From Minisyncoccota bacterium (GTDB lineage Bacteria; Patescibacteriota; Minisyncoccia; Phycocordibacterales; SBAW01): a stretch of 64,000 nt of DNA. A program made the translations under genes and the position numbers. The notes under the pieces were generated by a model that saw nothing but the letters and a program-made list of their open reading frames with translations, was not told where the DNA came from and searched no databases. Below, one piece after another: positions 36,101 to 45,720 of this stretch. The stretch is taken from NCBI GenBank assembly GCA_035546615.1, contig DASZWM010000005.1, positions 40,959-104,958 of the forward strand, in the 5' to 3' direction. Every line of letters starts with the position of its first letter. Position 1 is the first letter of the stretch.

Positions 36101-36532
36101 GACGAGAAATTGCTTGCCGACATGGAGGTCGTGCGCAAGACCGCGTCGATGGCGCTGGAGGCGCGCGAGCGCGCCGGCATCAAGATACGCCAGCCGCTCG
36201 GGAAGCTCTCCGCAAAGTCCCTGCCCGCCGACTTGGGGCTTCGCCAGCTTATCGCCGAAGAAGTGAATGTGAAGGAGATCATTGAAGATGTCGTGATGGA
36301 AGATGACATATCGCTCGACACCACGATGACGCCGGAGTTGCGCGATGAGGGCATTATGCGCACGCTCATGCGCCGCGTGCAGGAATGGCGCAAGGACGAG
36401 CAGCTCACCATTGCCGACAGGCCGGACTACACGCTCGTCGTTACCGCCGAAGAAAATCCCGTGGCGCAGAAGTACCGCGAAGAGATACGGAAAGCGACCG
36501 GCCTCAATAGCCTCGAAATAACGGTAGAATAG
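33101..36532 (+). CDS. ileS: Isoleucyl-tRNA synthetase (type 2) with an inserted histidine-phosphatase (PGM-family) domain
   Basis: 1143-aa ORF; IleS type-2 motifs FYDGPPFATGLPHHG, WDCHGLPIE, WTISRNRFWASPLPIW, KMSKS as KLSKSKGN. An internal ~200-aa segment (nt ~34580-35170) carries the exact PGM signature VMRHGEARHN and a second catalytic His in IVTHKGPG. Confidence 0.8.
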   Translation: MDMSEVGKSEVAKREEKVLAFWKEQQIFERSVGKRAPRGEFTFYDGPPFATGLPHHGSLLSSIIKDVVPRYKTMRGYRVPRRWGWDCHGLPIENLVEKKLGLKTKKDILSIGIDTFNEEARSTVLQYVHDWEQYVDRVGRWVDFRNSYKTMDNSYIETVWWALKEMQDKKLLYEGRKVLMYCPHCETPLAKAEIAADNTYKDITEEAVTIKFKLKYPQKFGLPENTYLLAWTTTPWTLPGNVGLAVGPDIPYVLVEQNGEYLVLARDLKGQASGTVAGELLGRQMVGADYEPLYRINAVEAHKGRKHQVLAADFVTTTEGTGIVHTAVMYGEDDFALGQKEGLPMVQLLSQNGTYNDNAPEFVRGEYIKKAEKLIKEDLEEKGLLFSRANHTHSYPHCWRCGTALIYNAVASWFINIQKVKAKMLSENQKINWVPAYLRDGRFRNILENAPDWTISRNRFWASPLPIWKEKGGKNLMVVGSVEELLKKTKRSGNKYFVMRHGEARHNVEDAMDGAGRPDNHLTDAGREYVRAAAQEFKKRQEIDLIVMSPFVRTRETAAIVQEVFGLPDSAVAVDNRLHEIGFGEFEGRPLREWAEFFGSLENRFLKTPEGGEPFSDVRRRVGDFLFEIERRYVGKNILIVTHKGPGWLLNAVAKRYSAAQIANEEEYSPFMRNDKAQRIYELPFTPFPHNKDYEMDLHRPYIDAITLVDAQGRGYERIPEVIDCWVESGAMPYASNHYPFKNKNRFNPARFFGLWPKGFPAQFIAEYIGQTRTWFYYMLAVSTVLSGRASFQNVVSTGNLLAADGAKLSKSKGNYTDPLNIMNQFGADAYRFYLMGSVVMNSEDLQFRDEDVREANNRVLGILWNCYKFFELYKDERDPAIRAQDSSHPLDRWVLSLLNKTTAAVTAAMEAYDTPGACKALRAFVDDYSTWYVRRSRDRVKGEDEADKQFALATQYEVLLTLSQLFAPITPYISESIYRSAGGEEDSVHLSEWPEAGAVDEKLLADMEVVRKTASMALEARERAGIKIRQPLGKLSAKSLPADLGLRQLIAEEVNVKEIIEDVVMEDDISLDTTMTPELRDEGIMRTLMRRVQEWRKDEQLTIADRPDYTLVVTAEENPVAQKYREEIRKATGLNSLEITVE

Positions 36533-36536
36533 GAGG

Positions 36537-37130
36537 ATGCATAAGCTGTTCGTAAGCGAAGGACTGGTGCTCGGCAAGCGCGGAGTGGGGGAGGCGAATA
36601 CGCTTCTGGCTATTTTGACCCGCGACATGGGGCTTGTGAAGGCGGTCGCGCGTTCCGCCCGCCGCGAGAACTCGAAGCTGCGCTACGGGCTTGAACCGCT
36701 GACCCTCGCCACGTACTCGTTCATCCGCGGCAAGCACGAGTGGAAGCTTGTCGGCGCCGAGCGCGCATCAAAAGAATTGCAGGACCCGGCGCTGCCGCTG
36801 CCTGCGCGCCAAGCCATGGGCCGCTCCATCCGGCTGCTGCTCAGGCTCATACACGGCGAGGAACACAGCGAAGCACTCTATACGACCGTGATGGAAGGAT
36901 TCAAGGCGCTTGCTTCTTCTGCTCGGCAAACGCCGCAGGAGATGCAGCATGTAGAGACCGTGCTCGTCCTGCGTATCCTCTCGCACCTGGGCTACTTGCC
37001 GCAGACTCCGGAGCTCAAGCCTTTCATTGAGGCCGATTTCTTCGCGATAGAGCTGGCCGCCGAGGTCGCGGCCTCCAAAGCCCTGCTCACGAAAGCCATA
37101 AATGAATCTCTCAACGCTACCGGCTTGTAG
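36537..37130 (+). CDS. recO: DNA repair protein RecO (short form)
   Basis: 197-aa ORF; N-terminal OB-fold pattern (SEGLVLGKRGVGEANTLLAILTRDMGLVKAVARSARR...LEPLTL) typical of RecO. Confidence 0.55.
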   Translation: MHKLFVSEGLVLGKRGVGEANTLLAILTRDMGLVKAVARSARRENSKLRYGLEPLTLATYSFIRGKHEWKLVGAERASKELQDPALPLPARQAMGRSIRLLLRLIHGEEHSEALYTTVMEGFKALASSARQTPQEMQHVETVLVLRILSHLGYLPQTPELKPFIEADFFAIELAAEVAASKALLTKAINESLNATGL

Positions 37131-37153
37131 CGGAGTGATATACTTCTCCCTAT

Positions 37154-39130
37154 ATGGCACGGGAGGAAAAGGGAGGGGTCGAGGGTCTTAAGCGGCGCCT
37201 TTACACGCGCAAGCCCGCTCCGAAAACCGGCGACGCACGAACGCCGCTGTCGCCCTCGGAAACGCACATTCCGACCTCGTGGAGCGAGATACATGCGCCG
37301 GGAGAGGGAGCGGAACCCGCAATGCCCGAGGAGCCCGCGGCTCCGGCCGCGCCCATTACGTCCATAGCCCCGGCGGGCCTTGAAATGTCCAGAAAACGCA
37401 TGACATTCGCCACAAAGTTCTTTTTAGGCTCCATCGCCTTTTTTGTGGTGGCCGCGGGCATTGCGGCCGCGCTCTTCCTCGGAGGCGTCAACACTACTTC
37501 GCCGCAGAATATTTCCATATCGATAGACGCGCCGTCCTTAATAGACGGCGGCAAGGAGGCGCAGTTCAACATCACCATTACCAACCGCAACACCACGTCG
37601 CTCAACGAAGCGGACCTGGTCATCGATTACCCGGACGGCGCGCGCGCGGTGAACGACCCGACGCAGGCACTGACCCACGAGCGCATTTCGATAGGCACTA
37701 TCAAATCAGGCGAGCAGATAAAGCGCACGGCTTCGGCGCTCTTGTACGGGCAGGAAGGCGCGCAGCAGAAATTAGTCGCGCGGCTCGAATATAATCTTTC
37801 GGGCTCCAACGCCGTGTTCGAGAAATCCGCGGAGACGTCGTTCACCATCGGCTCGGCACCGGTATCGCTCACCGTGGACGCTCCGGAGCGGGTTATCGCG
37901 GGCGACCAGTTCGCGATGGACATAACCGTGCGCTCAAACGCAGCCGCTCCCGTCAACAATGTCACCGTGGAGGCGCAGTACCCGTTCGGATATTCCGTCG
38001 CGGCAGCAACGCCCTCAGCCGCAGCAGGCGGTTCGCTCTGGCGCCTGGGCACGTTGGCGCCCGGCGCTTCAAAAAAGATACACATCACCGGCGCCATAAC
38101 CGCCTCCGACGGAGACGACCGCGTATTCAAGTTCCTGATAGGCTCCAACGCCGACCAGACCGACGTGCATGTGCGCGTGCCGTTCCTAACGCTGCCGCAG
38201 ACCATAAGCGTCGAGCGGCCGTTCATTAGCGGCTCGGTTTCCGTGGAAGGCAAAACGGGCCAGAGCATTTCCGTCGCGGCGGGAAAGACATTGCGCGGCA
38301 CGGTGGAGTGGGAGAACAATCTCGACGACTCCATCTCCGACCTTGAGCTCAGTCTTTCCTTCAGCGGCCCCGCGCTCGATAAAAGCTCCGTGAACGCGCA
38401 GAACGGCTTCTACCAGTCGGGGAACTCCACCATAATCTGGACGAAGGACCGCAGCGGGGAGCTCGAGTCGGTAGCGCCCGGCGCCACGGGCTCCTACCAA
38501 TTCTCCTTCGGTACGCTTCCGCCGGGCTCGTCCGGCACGCTCATCACTAATCCGACCGTAACGCTCAACCTCACTGTGCGCGCGGTGCGCCAGGGCTCAA
38601 GCGGCTCGCCTGAGACAATCACTTCAGCGGCGACCGCCAAGGTAACGCTCGCATCCCAGCTTTCAATAGGCGCGGAATCGTCGCACTCGGGCGGGCCGTT
38701 CCAGAACGGCGGGCCGGTGCCGCCGCGCGCCGAAACGCCGACCTCCTACACGATTACCTGGACGGTAAAGAACTCCGCCAATGCAGTTGCCAATGCTGTG
38801 GCTTCCGCCGTGCTGCCGCCGTACGTCACCTTCGTCACCGCGCAGTCGGGAAGCGGCATCACGTACGACTCCGGCAGCCGCACCGTGCGCTGGAACCTGG
38901 GCGACGTGAAGGCGGGCGTGGGCTATACCACCGCCGCGCGCCAGGCCGCTTTCCAGGTGACGCTCACGCCAAGCGCCTCGCAGGTAGACTCCGTGCCTGC
39001 CCTTACGGGCCCGGCCAGCATTACCGGCCAGGACCGCTTCGCGCAGGTTACGGTGGAGGGCCAGGCGGAGTCTGTCAGTACCCATACCAGCGACGGCGGC
39101 AGCGGCAATGACGTTGTACAGCCGAAGTAA
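37154..39130 (+). CDS. Large membrane-anchored surface protein with repeated beta-sandwich (DUF11/CARDB-like) modules
   Basis: 658-aa ORF; Pro/Ala-rich N-terminus, single TM (FFLGSIAFFVVAAGIAAALFL), then repeated ~100-aa Ser/Thr/Val-rich modules (NITITNRNTTSL..., VTVEAQYPFGY..., NLTVRAV...). Confidence 0.5.
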   Translation: MAREEKGGVEGLKRRLYTRKPAPKTGDARTPLSPSETHIPTSWSEIHAPGEGAEPAMPEEPAAPAAPITSIAPAGLEMSRKRMTFATKFFLGSIAFFVVAAGIAAALFLGGVNTTSPQNISISIDAPSLIDGGKEAQFNITITNRNTTSLNEADLVIDYPDGARAVNDPTQALTHERISIGTIKSGEQIKRTASALLYGQEGAQQKLVARLEYNLSGSNAVFEKSAETSFTIGSAPVSLTVDAPERVIAGDQFAMDITVRSNAAAPVNNVTVEAQYPFGYSVAAATPSAAAGGSLWRLGTLAPGASKKIHITGAITASDGDDRVFKFLIGSNADQTDVHVRVPFLTLPQTISVERPFISGSVSVEGKTGQSISVAAGKTLRGTVEWENNLDDSISDLELSLSFSGPALDKSSVNAQNGFYQSGNSTIIWTKDRSGELESVAPGATGSYQFSFGTLPPGSSGTLITNPTVTLNLTVRAVRQGSSGSPETITSAATAKVTLASQLSIGAESSHSGGPFQNGGPVPPRAETPTSYTITWTVKNSANAVANAVASAVLPPYVTFVTAQSGSGITYDSGSRTVRWNLGDVKAGVGYTTAARQAAFQVTLTPSASQVDSVPALTGPASITGQDRFAQVTVEGQAESVSTHTSDGGSGNDVVQPK

Positions 39131-39168
39131 TTGTTTCGTTTTCCGGACTATAGTACAAACATAAGGAT

Positions 39169-40560
39169 ATGGCTGAAATGGACTTGATGGAGAAGATAGT
39201 GTCGCTGTGCAAGCGGCGCGGCTTCGTATTCCAGGGCTCCGAAATATACGGGGGGCTCGCCGGCACCTGGGACTACGGGCCTCTGGGCGCTGAGCTCAAT
39301 AACAACATCAAGCAGTACTGGTGGAAGACGTTCGTATATGACCGCGACGACGTGTACGGCGTGAACGCCTCTATCCTGATGCATCCGCGCGTATGGGAGG
39401 CTTCCGGCCATACGGAAGGATTTACCGATCCGCTGGTGGAAGACAAAGTGACGCACAAGCGCTACCGCGCGGACCATATCCTTGAAGACGCGGGCGTGGA
39501 CGTGAAGAACCTCTCCGTCGCCCAGATGGGGGAGAAGCTCGCCGAATTGAAACTCAAGAGCCCGGATGGCAACGCGCTTACCGAGCCGAAAGTGTTCAAC
39601 CTGCTCGTAGAGGCCGGCATCGGCGCCGTCGAGGGCGCGAAGGAAAAGGTATTCCTGCGCGGGGAGATAACGCAGGGCGTGCACGTGAACTTCAAGAACG
39701 TGCTCGACGCGATGCACCCGAAGATCCCGTTCGGCATCGCCCAGATAGGGAAGGCATTCCGCAACGAGATAGTGCCCGGCAACTTCCTCTTCCGTGTCCG
39801 CGAGTTCGAGCAGATGGAGCTCCAGTATTACGTGAAGCCGGAGGATGAGGAAAGCAAGAAGCAATACGAGGCTTGGAAGGAGCGCAGCATGGAATGGTAC
39901 AAGGGCCTCGGCATCAAGCCCGAGAACCTGCGCTTCCGCCAGCACGAAACGGACGAGCGAGCGCACTACGCGCGCGATGCGTGGGACATAGAGTACCAGA
40001 CGCCGTTCGGCTGGAAGGAAGCGTGGGGCATACACCACCGCGGCGACTGGGACCTCAGGCGCCATCAGGAGTATTCAGGCCAGTCGATGGAATACGTCGA
40101 TGACGAAGGAAAAAAGTTCTTGCCGTGGATAATCGAAACTTCGGGAGGCGTCGGCCGCGCCTTTCTTTTTACGCTTCTCGATGCCTACCGCGAAGACGAA
40201 GTCGGGGGAGAGAAGCGGGTTTACCTTGCGCTGTCTCCGCGCGTAGCGCCGGTCAAGGCCGCCGTGTTCCCTTTGCTCAAGAACAAGCCGGAGCTTGTGG
40301 CCAAAGCGCGCGAGATATACGCCGCGCTCAAGAAAGAGATTCCGCAGGTCGTGTTCGACGACAACGGCAACGTCGGCAAGCGGTACCGCCGGCAGGACGA
40401 GATAGGCACGCCGTGGTGCATCACGATAGATTTCGACACGCTCGGCGAGAATCCGGAGCTTACAGATACTGTCACGCTGCGCGACCGCGACACGGGCGAG
40501 CAAAAGCGCGTCGCAGTGAGCGAATTGGCTTCGCTTCTGCTTCCGCTGGCGAAGGTGTAG
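39169..40560 (+). CDS. glyS: Glycyl-tRNA synthetase (alpha2, eukaryote/archaeal type)
   Basis: 463-aa ORF; FQGSEIYGGLAGTWDYGPLG, class II motifs, C-terminal anticodon-binding domain. Confidence 0.9.
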   Translation: MAEMDLMEKIVSLCKRRGFVFQGSEIYGGLAGTWDYGPLGAELNNNIKQYWWKTFVYDRDDVYGVNASILMHPRVWEASGHTEGFTDPLVEDKVTHKRYRADHILEDAGVDVKNLSVAQMGEKLAELKLKSPDGNALTEPKVFNLLVEAGIGAVEGAKEKVFLRGEITQGVHVNFKNVLDAMHPKIPFGIAQIGKAFRNEIVPGNFLFRVREFEQMELQYYVKPEDEESKKQYEAWKERSMEWYKGLGIKPENLRFRQHETDERAHYARDAWDIEYQTPFGWKEAWGIHHRGDWDLRRHQEYSGQSMEYVDDEGKKFLPWIIETSGGVGRAFLFTLLDAYREDEVGGEKRVYLALSPRVAPVKAAVFPLLKNKPELVAKAREIYAALKKEIPQVVFDDNGNVGKRYRRQDEIGTPWCITIDFDTLGENPELTDTVTLRDRDTGEQKRVAVSELASLLLPLAKV

Positions 40561-40570
40561 TATAGGGGAG

Positions 40571-41641
40571 ATGCCGAAGAATCTCTCCGTCACCATCAGC
40601 CCGTCGACCATATTCACCACCATCCTCATCCTCGCGGGGGCGGCGCTTTTGTACTACCTGCGCGACCTGGCGCTCATGGTGCTTACCGCCGTGATTATCG
40701 CGTCGGCCATGGAGCCGGGCGTTCACGCCTTCGTGCGCCGCGGCGTGCCGCGGGTGCTCGGCGTCATTATCATGTACCTTACCGTCGCCTCGGTCTTCTT
40801 CGGCGTGCTGTTCCTCTTCATCCCGCCGGTCTTGAGCGACTTGGCCACGTTTTTGGCAACGCTCCCGCAGACGCTCGTATCGCTCAACATTTCCGACGTA
40901 ACGCACGGGCTCCTTCCGTGGGGGAGCGTGGCGGATACTGTTTCCTCGGCCCAGCTTCTGCAGAATGTATCCTCGGCGCTTGGCGACTCGGCCGGAGGCG
41001 CGTTCTCCACGCTTTCCTCCATCTTCGGCGGCCTTACGTCATTCGTCCTCATTGTCGTGTTCTCTTTCTACTTCTCCGTGCAGGAAACCGGCGTGGATGA
41101 CTTCCTGCGCGTCGTGACGCCGGTCAGCGAGCAGGCGTACGTGCTCCATCTCTGGAAGCGCAGCCAGGAGAAGATAGGCAAGTGGATGCAGGGCCAGCTC
41201 ATACTCGCGCTTATCGTGGGCGTACTGCTCTATCTTGGTCTCACTATACTTGGCGTGCCGCACGCGCTTTTGCTTGCGATACTGGCGGGCATGTTCGAGC
41301 TCATACCGGTCTTCGGCCAGTTCCTGGCGGCCGTTCCGGCTATCGCCATCGGCTTCAGCGTGGGAGGCGTCACCGAGTCGCTTCTTATCGTCGGCCTCTA
41401 TATGCTGGTGCAGCAGTTCGAGGCGCATCTCATCTACCCGGTCGTGGTGAAGAAGGTCGTGGGCGTACCGCCGCTCATGGTCATCCTCGCGCTTCTCATC
41501 GGCTTCAAGCTCTTCGGGTTCCTCGGCGTGCTGTTGTCCGTACCCATCGCCGCAGCCATACAGGAGTTCCTGTCCGATGTGGACCGCGAGAAGACGCGCG
41601 CGCTCGCGCGGCAGCTTGCGGCTGAGCACGCGAAAGAGTAG
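40571..41641 (+). CDS. AI-2E family transporter (UPF0118/PerM-like)
   Basis: 356-aa ORF; 7-8 TM helices with the AI-2E arrangement (central large loop, C-terminal IPVFGQFLAAVPAIAIG block). Confidence 0.65.
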   Translation: MPKNLSVTISPSTIFTTILILAGAALLYYLRDLALMVLTAVIIASAMEPGVHAFVRRGVPRVLGVIIMYLTVASVFFGVLFLFIPPVLSDLATFLATLPQTLVSLNISDVTHGLLPWGSVADTVSSAQLLQNVSSALGDSAGGAFSTLSSIFGGLTSFVLIVVFSFYFSVQETGVDDFLRVVTPVSEQAYVLHLWKRSQEKIGKWMQGQLILALIVGVLLYLGLTILGVPHALLLAILAGMFELIPVFGQFLAAVPAIAIGFSVGGVTESLLIVGLYMLVQQFEAHLIYPVVVKKVVGVPPLMVILALLIGFKLFGFLGVLLSVPIAAAIQEFLSDVDREKTRALARQLAAEHAKE

Positions 41642-41650
41642 TTTTCTGAT

Positions 41651-43081
41651 ATGGCCGACAAGAAAACGTTTTACCTCACGACGCCGATTTTCTATCCCAA
41701 CGCGAATCTGCATTTGGGCCACGCGTACGTAACAACCTTGTGCGACGTTCTTGCCCGCTACCATCGTTTGGCGGGGGACAAGACGTACTTTTTGACCGGT
41801 TCGGACGAGAACGCGCAAACCGTATTACAGGGAGCAAAGAAGGCCGGCAAAGACCCGGAAGTATTTCTGGAGGAGATTGTCACTAATTTCAAAAAGCTGT
41901 TCGCGAGCCTGAATATTTCTCAGGACCAGTTCATCCGAACATCCGACAGGCAAGTGCACTGGCCCGGCGCCATCGCTCTCTGGAAAAAACTGGATGTCGC
42001 GGGTGACATATACAAAAAAGAGTACGAGGGCCTGTACTGCGTCGGTCATGAGGCATTCATAACCGAAAAGGAATTGGTGGATGGCAAATGCCCCGACCAC
42101 GGTACTGTGCCGGAACTAGTCAAAGAGGAAAATTACTTCTTCCGCCTTTCCAAATACACGGATGCTATAAGAAAAAAGATAGAGTCAGACGAACTCAGTA
42201 TCGTTCCTACCACCCGAAAAAAGGAAATCCTCTCTTTTCTGGAGGAAGGGCTGCAGGATGTAAGTTTTTCTCGTCCTAAGACTTCTAACGCGGTGGGCAT
42301 TCCCGTTCCCGGGGACGACTCACAGGTGATGTATGTGTGGTGTGATGCGCTTTCAAACTACATAACAGCGCTTGGGTACGGTAAGGATGATGAATCGCTC
42401 TACAAGGAGTTTTGGCCCGGTATACATGTTGTGGGAAAGGACATCCTGCGCTTCCATGCCGCAATCTGGCCGGGCATGCTCATGTCCGCCGGTATTCCGC
42501 TTCCGCAGAAAATATTCGTGCACGGAATGATAATTTCCGGCGGTAAAAAGATGTCCAAGACTCGCGGGAATGTCATTGATCCGGTTGAACTGTTGAGCGA
42601 ATACGGAACTGACGCGGTACGCTACTTCCTTTCGCGCCACGTCTCGCCTATGGAGGACAGCGAGCTTACCTTAGAAGGGCTTAAGGATATCTATAATGCC
42701 GATTTGGCGAATGGTCTTGGCAACCTAGCTGCGCGCATCATGCAGCTCGCACAAACACACCTTGCTGAGCCCGTGGTCGTAGAATTTACCGGGTATCCAG
42801 AAGAATATACGAATGCCCTTGAACGCATGGAAATCAATAAAGCCGCTGATTTCGTCTGGAGCCGCATCAAGAGCCTAGACCAGCAAATAACGGACACGAA
42901 GCCCTTTACGGTAGTGAAAGAGAATCCCGAAGAAGGAAGGAAGCTTATCGCCGCGCTGGTGCGCGAGCTTGCGGCTGTAGACCTTCTTATCGAGCCGTTT
43001 ATGCCCGAAACCAGCAAGAAGATAATCGACGCCATCATGGCGAACAAAAAGCCCGAGAATCTTTTCCCTCGCAAAGACTAA
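41651..43081 (+). CDS. metG: Methionyl-tRNA synthetase (catalytic core, no C-terminal tRNA-binding domain)
   Basis: 476-aa ORF; HLGH (PNANLHLGHAY), KMSKS (KMSKTRGNV); ends after the anticodon-binding domain. Confidence 0.9.
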   Translation: MADKKTFYLTTPIFYPNANLHLGHAYVTTLCDVLARYHRLAGDKTYFLTGSDENAQTVLQGAKKAGKDPEVFLEEIVTNFKKLFASLNISQDQFIRTSDRQVHWPGAIALWKKLDVAGDIYKKEYEGLYCVGHEAFITEKELVDGKCPDHGTVPELVKEENYFFRLSKYTDAIRKKIESDELSIVPTTRKKEILSFLEEGLQDVSFSRPKTSNAVGIPVPGDDSQVMYVWCDALSNYITALGYGKDDESLYKEFWPGIHVVGKDILRFHAAIWPGMLMSAGIPLPQKIFVHGMIISGGKKMSKTRGNVIDPVELLSEYGTDAVRYFLSRHVSPMEDSELTLEGLKDIYNADLANGLGNLAARIMQLAQTHLAEPVVVEFTGYPEEYTNALERMEINKAADFVWSRIKSLDQQITDTKPFTVVKENPEEGRKLIAALVRELAAVDLLIEPFMPETSKKIIDAIMANKKPENLFPRKD

Positions 43082-43083
43082 GT

Positions 43084-43641
43084 ATGAGAATTTGTATTTT
43101 CGGCGATAGTATCACTTGGGGAGAGGGAGATAAGGAAATCGGCGGATGGGCTGATCGTCTAAAGGTCCATTTAATGGAACGGGATTTTAGCGTTTACAAT
43201 CTTGGAATTAGAGGGGACACAAGCGCTGGCGTTTTAGATCGGTTCAAACAAGAAATTGCTGCACGCAGCCGAAAGCTGGGAGGTATCTTGTTCGCGATAG
43301 GAATTAACGATTGCCTTCAGGGAGTTTCCGTAGAAGAGTTCCAGAATAATATGCGAACCCTTATGGAGCTATCTCCGGAGTTTGCGGACACAACTATAAT
43401 GATAGGCCTAACAAGAACCACGGATACCTCGGCCAATGAAAAGATAGAGCAATTTAATAAGGAGCTGGAGGTCCTCTGCAGAGAAAGAAAAGTTTTGTTT
43501 ATTCCCATGTTCGACCTTTTCGCAACAGATGATTTAACGAAAGACGGTCTCCATCCGAGTCCGACTGGCTACAAGAAGATGTTCGAGCGTATCAAACTTG
43601 TTCTAGAACCGCTTCTGCCTGTAATGACTGTCGACCAATGA
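43084..43641 (+). CDS. SGNH/GDSL-family hydrolase
   Basis: 185-aa ORF, AT-rich; block I GDSIT, block III GINDCL, block V DGLHPS. Confidence 0.7.
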   Translation: MRICIFGDSITWGEGDKEIGGWADRLKVHLMERDFSVYNLGIRGDTSAGVLDRFKQEIAARSRKLGGILFAIGINDCLQGVSVEEFQNNMRTLMELSPEFADTTIMIGLTRTTDTSANEKIEQFNKELEVLCRERKVLFIPMFDLFATDDLTKDGLHPSPTGYKKMFERIKLVLEPLLPVMTVDQ

Positions 43642-44414
43642 AGCTATTCGACGCCCATTGCCACTTGCAGCTTTCGCAATTCGACGCGGACCAGGCGGAG
43701 GTGCTTTCGCGCATGCGCGATAAGGAGATGGGCGCCATTGTTATCGGCGTAGACCTGGCAACGAGCAGGGAAGCGGTCGCGCTGGCTGAAGCTCACGACT
43801 TCTTGTGGGCTGCGGTAGGGCTGCACCCGAACGATAATCCGAAGGAGGAGTTCGACACGACGGCTTTTGAAGAGTTGGCGAAGCATCCCAAGGTCGTCGC
43901 AGTAGGGGAATGCGGGCTCGATTATTTCCGAAGCGGCGGCACTCCTGAGGAAAAGCTGGCCCAGAAAGAGCGGTTTGAAAAGCAGATAGCGCTGGCCATT
44001 AAGGTAGGAAAGCCTCTGATAATCCATTGCCGCAACGCGCACGACGACATGCTTGAGATCTTATCCTTATATTCTGCAGAATTAGAGAGTAAGGAGTTGC
44101 GGGCGGTTATTCATTTTTGCACCGTCGATGGGGCGCTTGCCCAGAAATATATCGACCTGGCCTGCTATCTTTCGTTCCCCGGGCCCATTACCTATACCGA
44201 CATGTACGACGATTCGATCAAAGTCGCGCCGATGGATAGGATTCTTGTCGAAACCGACTCACCATTTGCCGCCCCGGTGCCGTATCGCGGCCAGCGCAAC
44301 GAGCCCGCATACGTAGAGGACGTGGTAAAGAAAATCGCAGCTCTTAAGGGCGTCTTGGTCGAAGAAATGGCGGCCCAGATAGTCAAAAACAGTCAGGAAG
44401 TCTTCAAACTGTAG
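43638..44414 (+). CDS. tatD: TatD-family metal-dependent DNase
   Basis: 258-aa ORF; DAHCHL, GLHPND, GECGLDY, IHCRNA, ETDSPF motifs. Confidence 0.85.
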   Translation: MKLFDAHCHLQLSQFDADQAEVLSRMRDKEMGAIVIGVDLATSREAVALAEAHDFLWAAVGLHPNDNPKEEFDTTAFEELAKHPKVVAVGECGLDYFRSGGTPEEKLAQKERFEKQIALAIKVGKPLIIHCRNAHDDMLEILSLYSAELESKELRAVIHFCTVDGALAQKYIDLACYLSFPGPITYTDMYDDSIKVAPMDRILVETDSPFAAPVPYRGQRNEPAYVEDVVKKIAALKGVLVEEMAAQIVKNSQEVFKL

Positions 44415-44454
44415 GGTTATTGCGGGGGCTAAACCCTTGTGCTATAGTGCCCGC

Positions 44455-44991
44455 ATGGCAGAAACGTCGCAGGTCTCGGCTGAGACCTCATCCCAAGCGA
44501 ATGCCCCTAAGGACACCCGTCTCATCTACGAGATCGGGTTTCATGTCGTGCCGACCGTTGAGGAGGCGAAAGTGGGGGATGTCGTAGAGACCATCCGTAC
44601 CGCGCTTTCCAGCATCAAGGCCGACATAATCGGCGAGCAGTTCCCGAACAAGATAACCCTCGCTTACGAGGTGGAGCGCTCGACGACCGGCAAGCGCGAA
44701 AAGTACACGCAGGCCTACTTCGGCTGGATAAAGTTCGCGGTCGAGGAGCGCGACGGCATATCGTCGGTTGAGGCGATGCTCCGCTCGTCCAAGGACATCC
44801 TGCGCTACCTCCTTGTCGCTTCTTCTCTCGTAGAGGCGATCCAGCCTCGCCGCGCGGTCTTCTCCTCCAACCGTCTCGAAGGCGAGACGATAAAGAAGCC
44901 CACCGCCGCTCCCGAGGAGGCGGGCGTCGTATCCGAGGCCGAGCTCGACAAGAGCATCGAGGCGCTCGTGAGCGACGAGAAGGCGGTATAA
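44455..44991 (+). CDS. rpsF: 30S ribosomal protein S6 (with acidic/Ala-rich C-terminal extension)
   Basis: bS6 pattern YEI.F.V.P...E ... I..LAYE ... in RLIYEIGFHVVPTVEE...KITLAYEVE; first gene of the conserved rpsF-ssb-rpsR trio; the start is chosen at MAETSQ. Confidence 0.7.
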   Translation: MAETSQVSAETSSQANAPKDTRLIYEIGFHVVPTVEEAKVGDVVETIRTALSSIKADIIGEQFPNKITLAYEVERSTTGKREKYTQAYFGWIKFAVEERDGISSVEAMLRSSKDILRYLLVASSLVEAIQPRRAVFSSNRLEGETIKKPTAAPEEAGVVSEAELDKSIEALVSDEKAV

Positions 44992-44998
44992 TCAGCGT

Positions 44999-45448
44999 AT
45001 GAACAAAGTCATCCTGTACGGCAATCTCACCCGCGACCCGGAGCTCAAGGCGCTCCCGTCAGGGGCGCAAGTAGCTTCTTTCGGCCTCGCGACCAACCGT
45101 GTGTGGCGCGACAAGGAGGGCAACAAGCAGGAGCAGGTGGAGTTCCACAACATAGTCGTGTTTGGCCGCCAGGCGGAAACCACAGCACAGTATCTTAAGA
45201 AGGGGAACTCAGCCATTATCGAGGGCCGCATCCAGACGCGCAGCTGGGACAGCCCGGAGAAGGGCAAGCAGTACCGCACCGAGATAATCGCGGACCGCGT
45301 AGAGTTCGGCTCGCGCTCCTCAGGCGGCGCAGGCTCAAACTCGGCCCCGGCAGCCATGAGCGACGCGGAGGCGCCGCAGAAGGCGGTCAAGGAGGACGCG
45401 ATAGACTACCCGCAAGAAGACATTAATCCTGACGACATCCCCTTCTAG
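44999..45448 (+). CDS. ssb: Single-stranded DNA-binding protein
   Basis: 149-aa ORF; OB fold (LTRDPEL...FHNIVVFGRQAE), Gly-rich linker, C-terminal acidic tail DDIPF. Confidence 0.9.
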   Translation: MNKVILYGNLTRDPELKALPSGAQVASFGLATNRVWRDKEGNKQEQVEFHNIVVFGRQAETTAQYLKKGNSAIIEGRIQTRSWDSPEKGKQYRTEIIADRVEFGSRSSGGAGSNSAPAAMSDAEAPQKAVKEDAIDYPQEDINPDDIPF

Positions 45449-45484
45449 AAGGGGATAGTATAAAAGACGTTCGTAATAATTTTT

Positions 45485-45694
45485 ATGGCAGCACGCACAG
45501 AAACTCAATTGCTCGGAGCCCAGATCCAGACCCTGGATTATAAGGACGTGGAAACGCTGAAGAAGTTCCTTAATCCGCACGGCAAGATAATGTCGCATCG
45601 CCGCACGGGCCTTTCCGCGGCCAACCAGCGCGCGCTCGCGCAGTCGGTCAAGCGCGCCCGCTTCATGGCGCTTCTTCCATTTATCGTAAGATAA
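45485..45694 (+). CDS. rpsR: 30S ribosomal protein S18
   Basis: 69-aa ORF; bS18 motif [48 protein letters not shown]. Confidence 0.9.
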   Translation: MAARTETQLLGAQIQTLDYKDVETLKKFLNPHGKIMSHRRTGLSAANQRALAQSVKRARFMALLPFIVR

Positions 45695-45720
45695 ATAAAT
45701 TAAATAGATCGTCCGCTAAC

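Noticed and set aside
39148-40065. 305-aa minus-strand ORF
   Set aside because: Antisense to the glycyl-tRNA synthetase gene.
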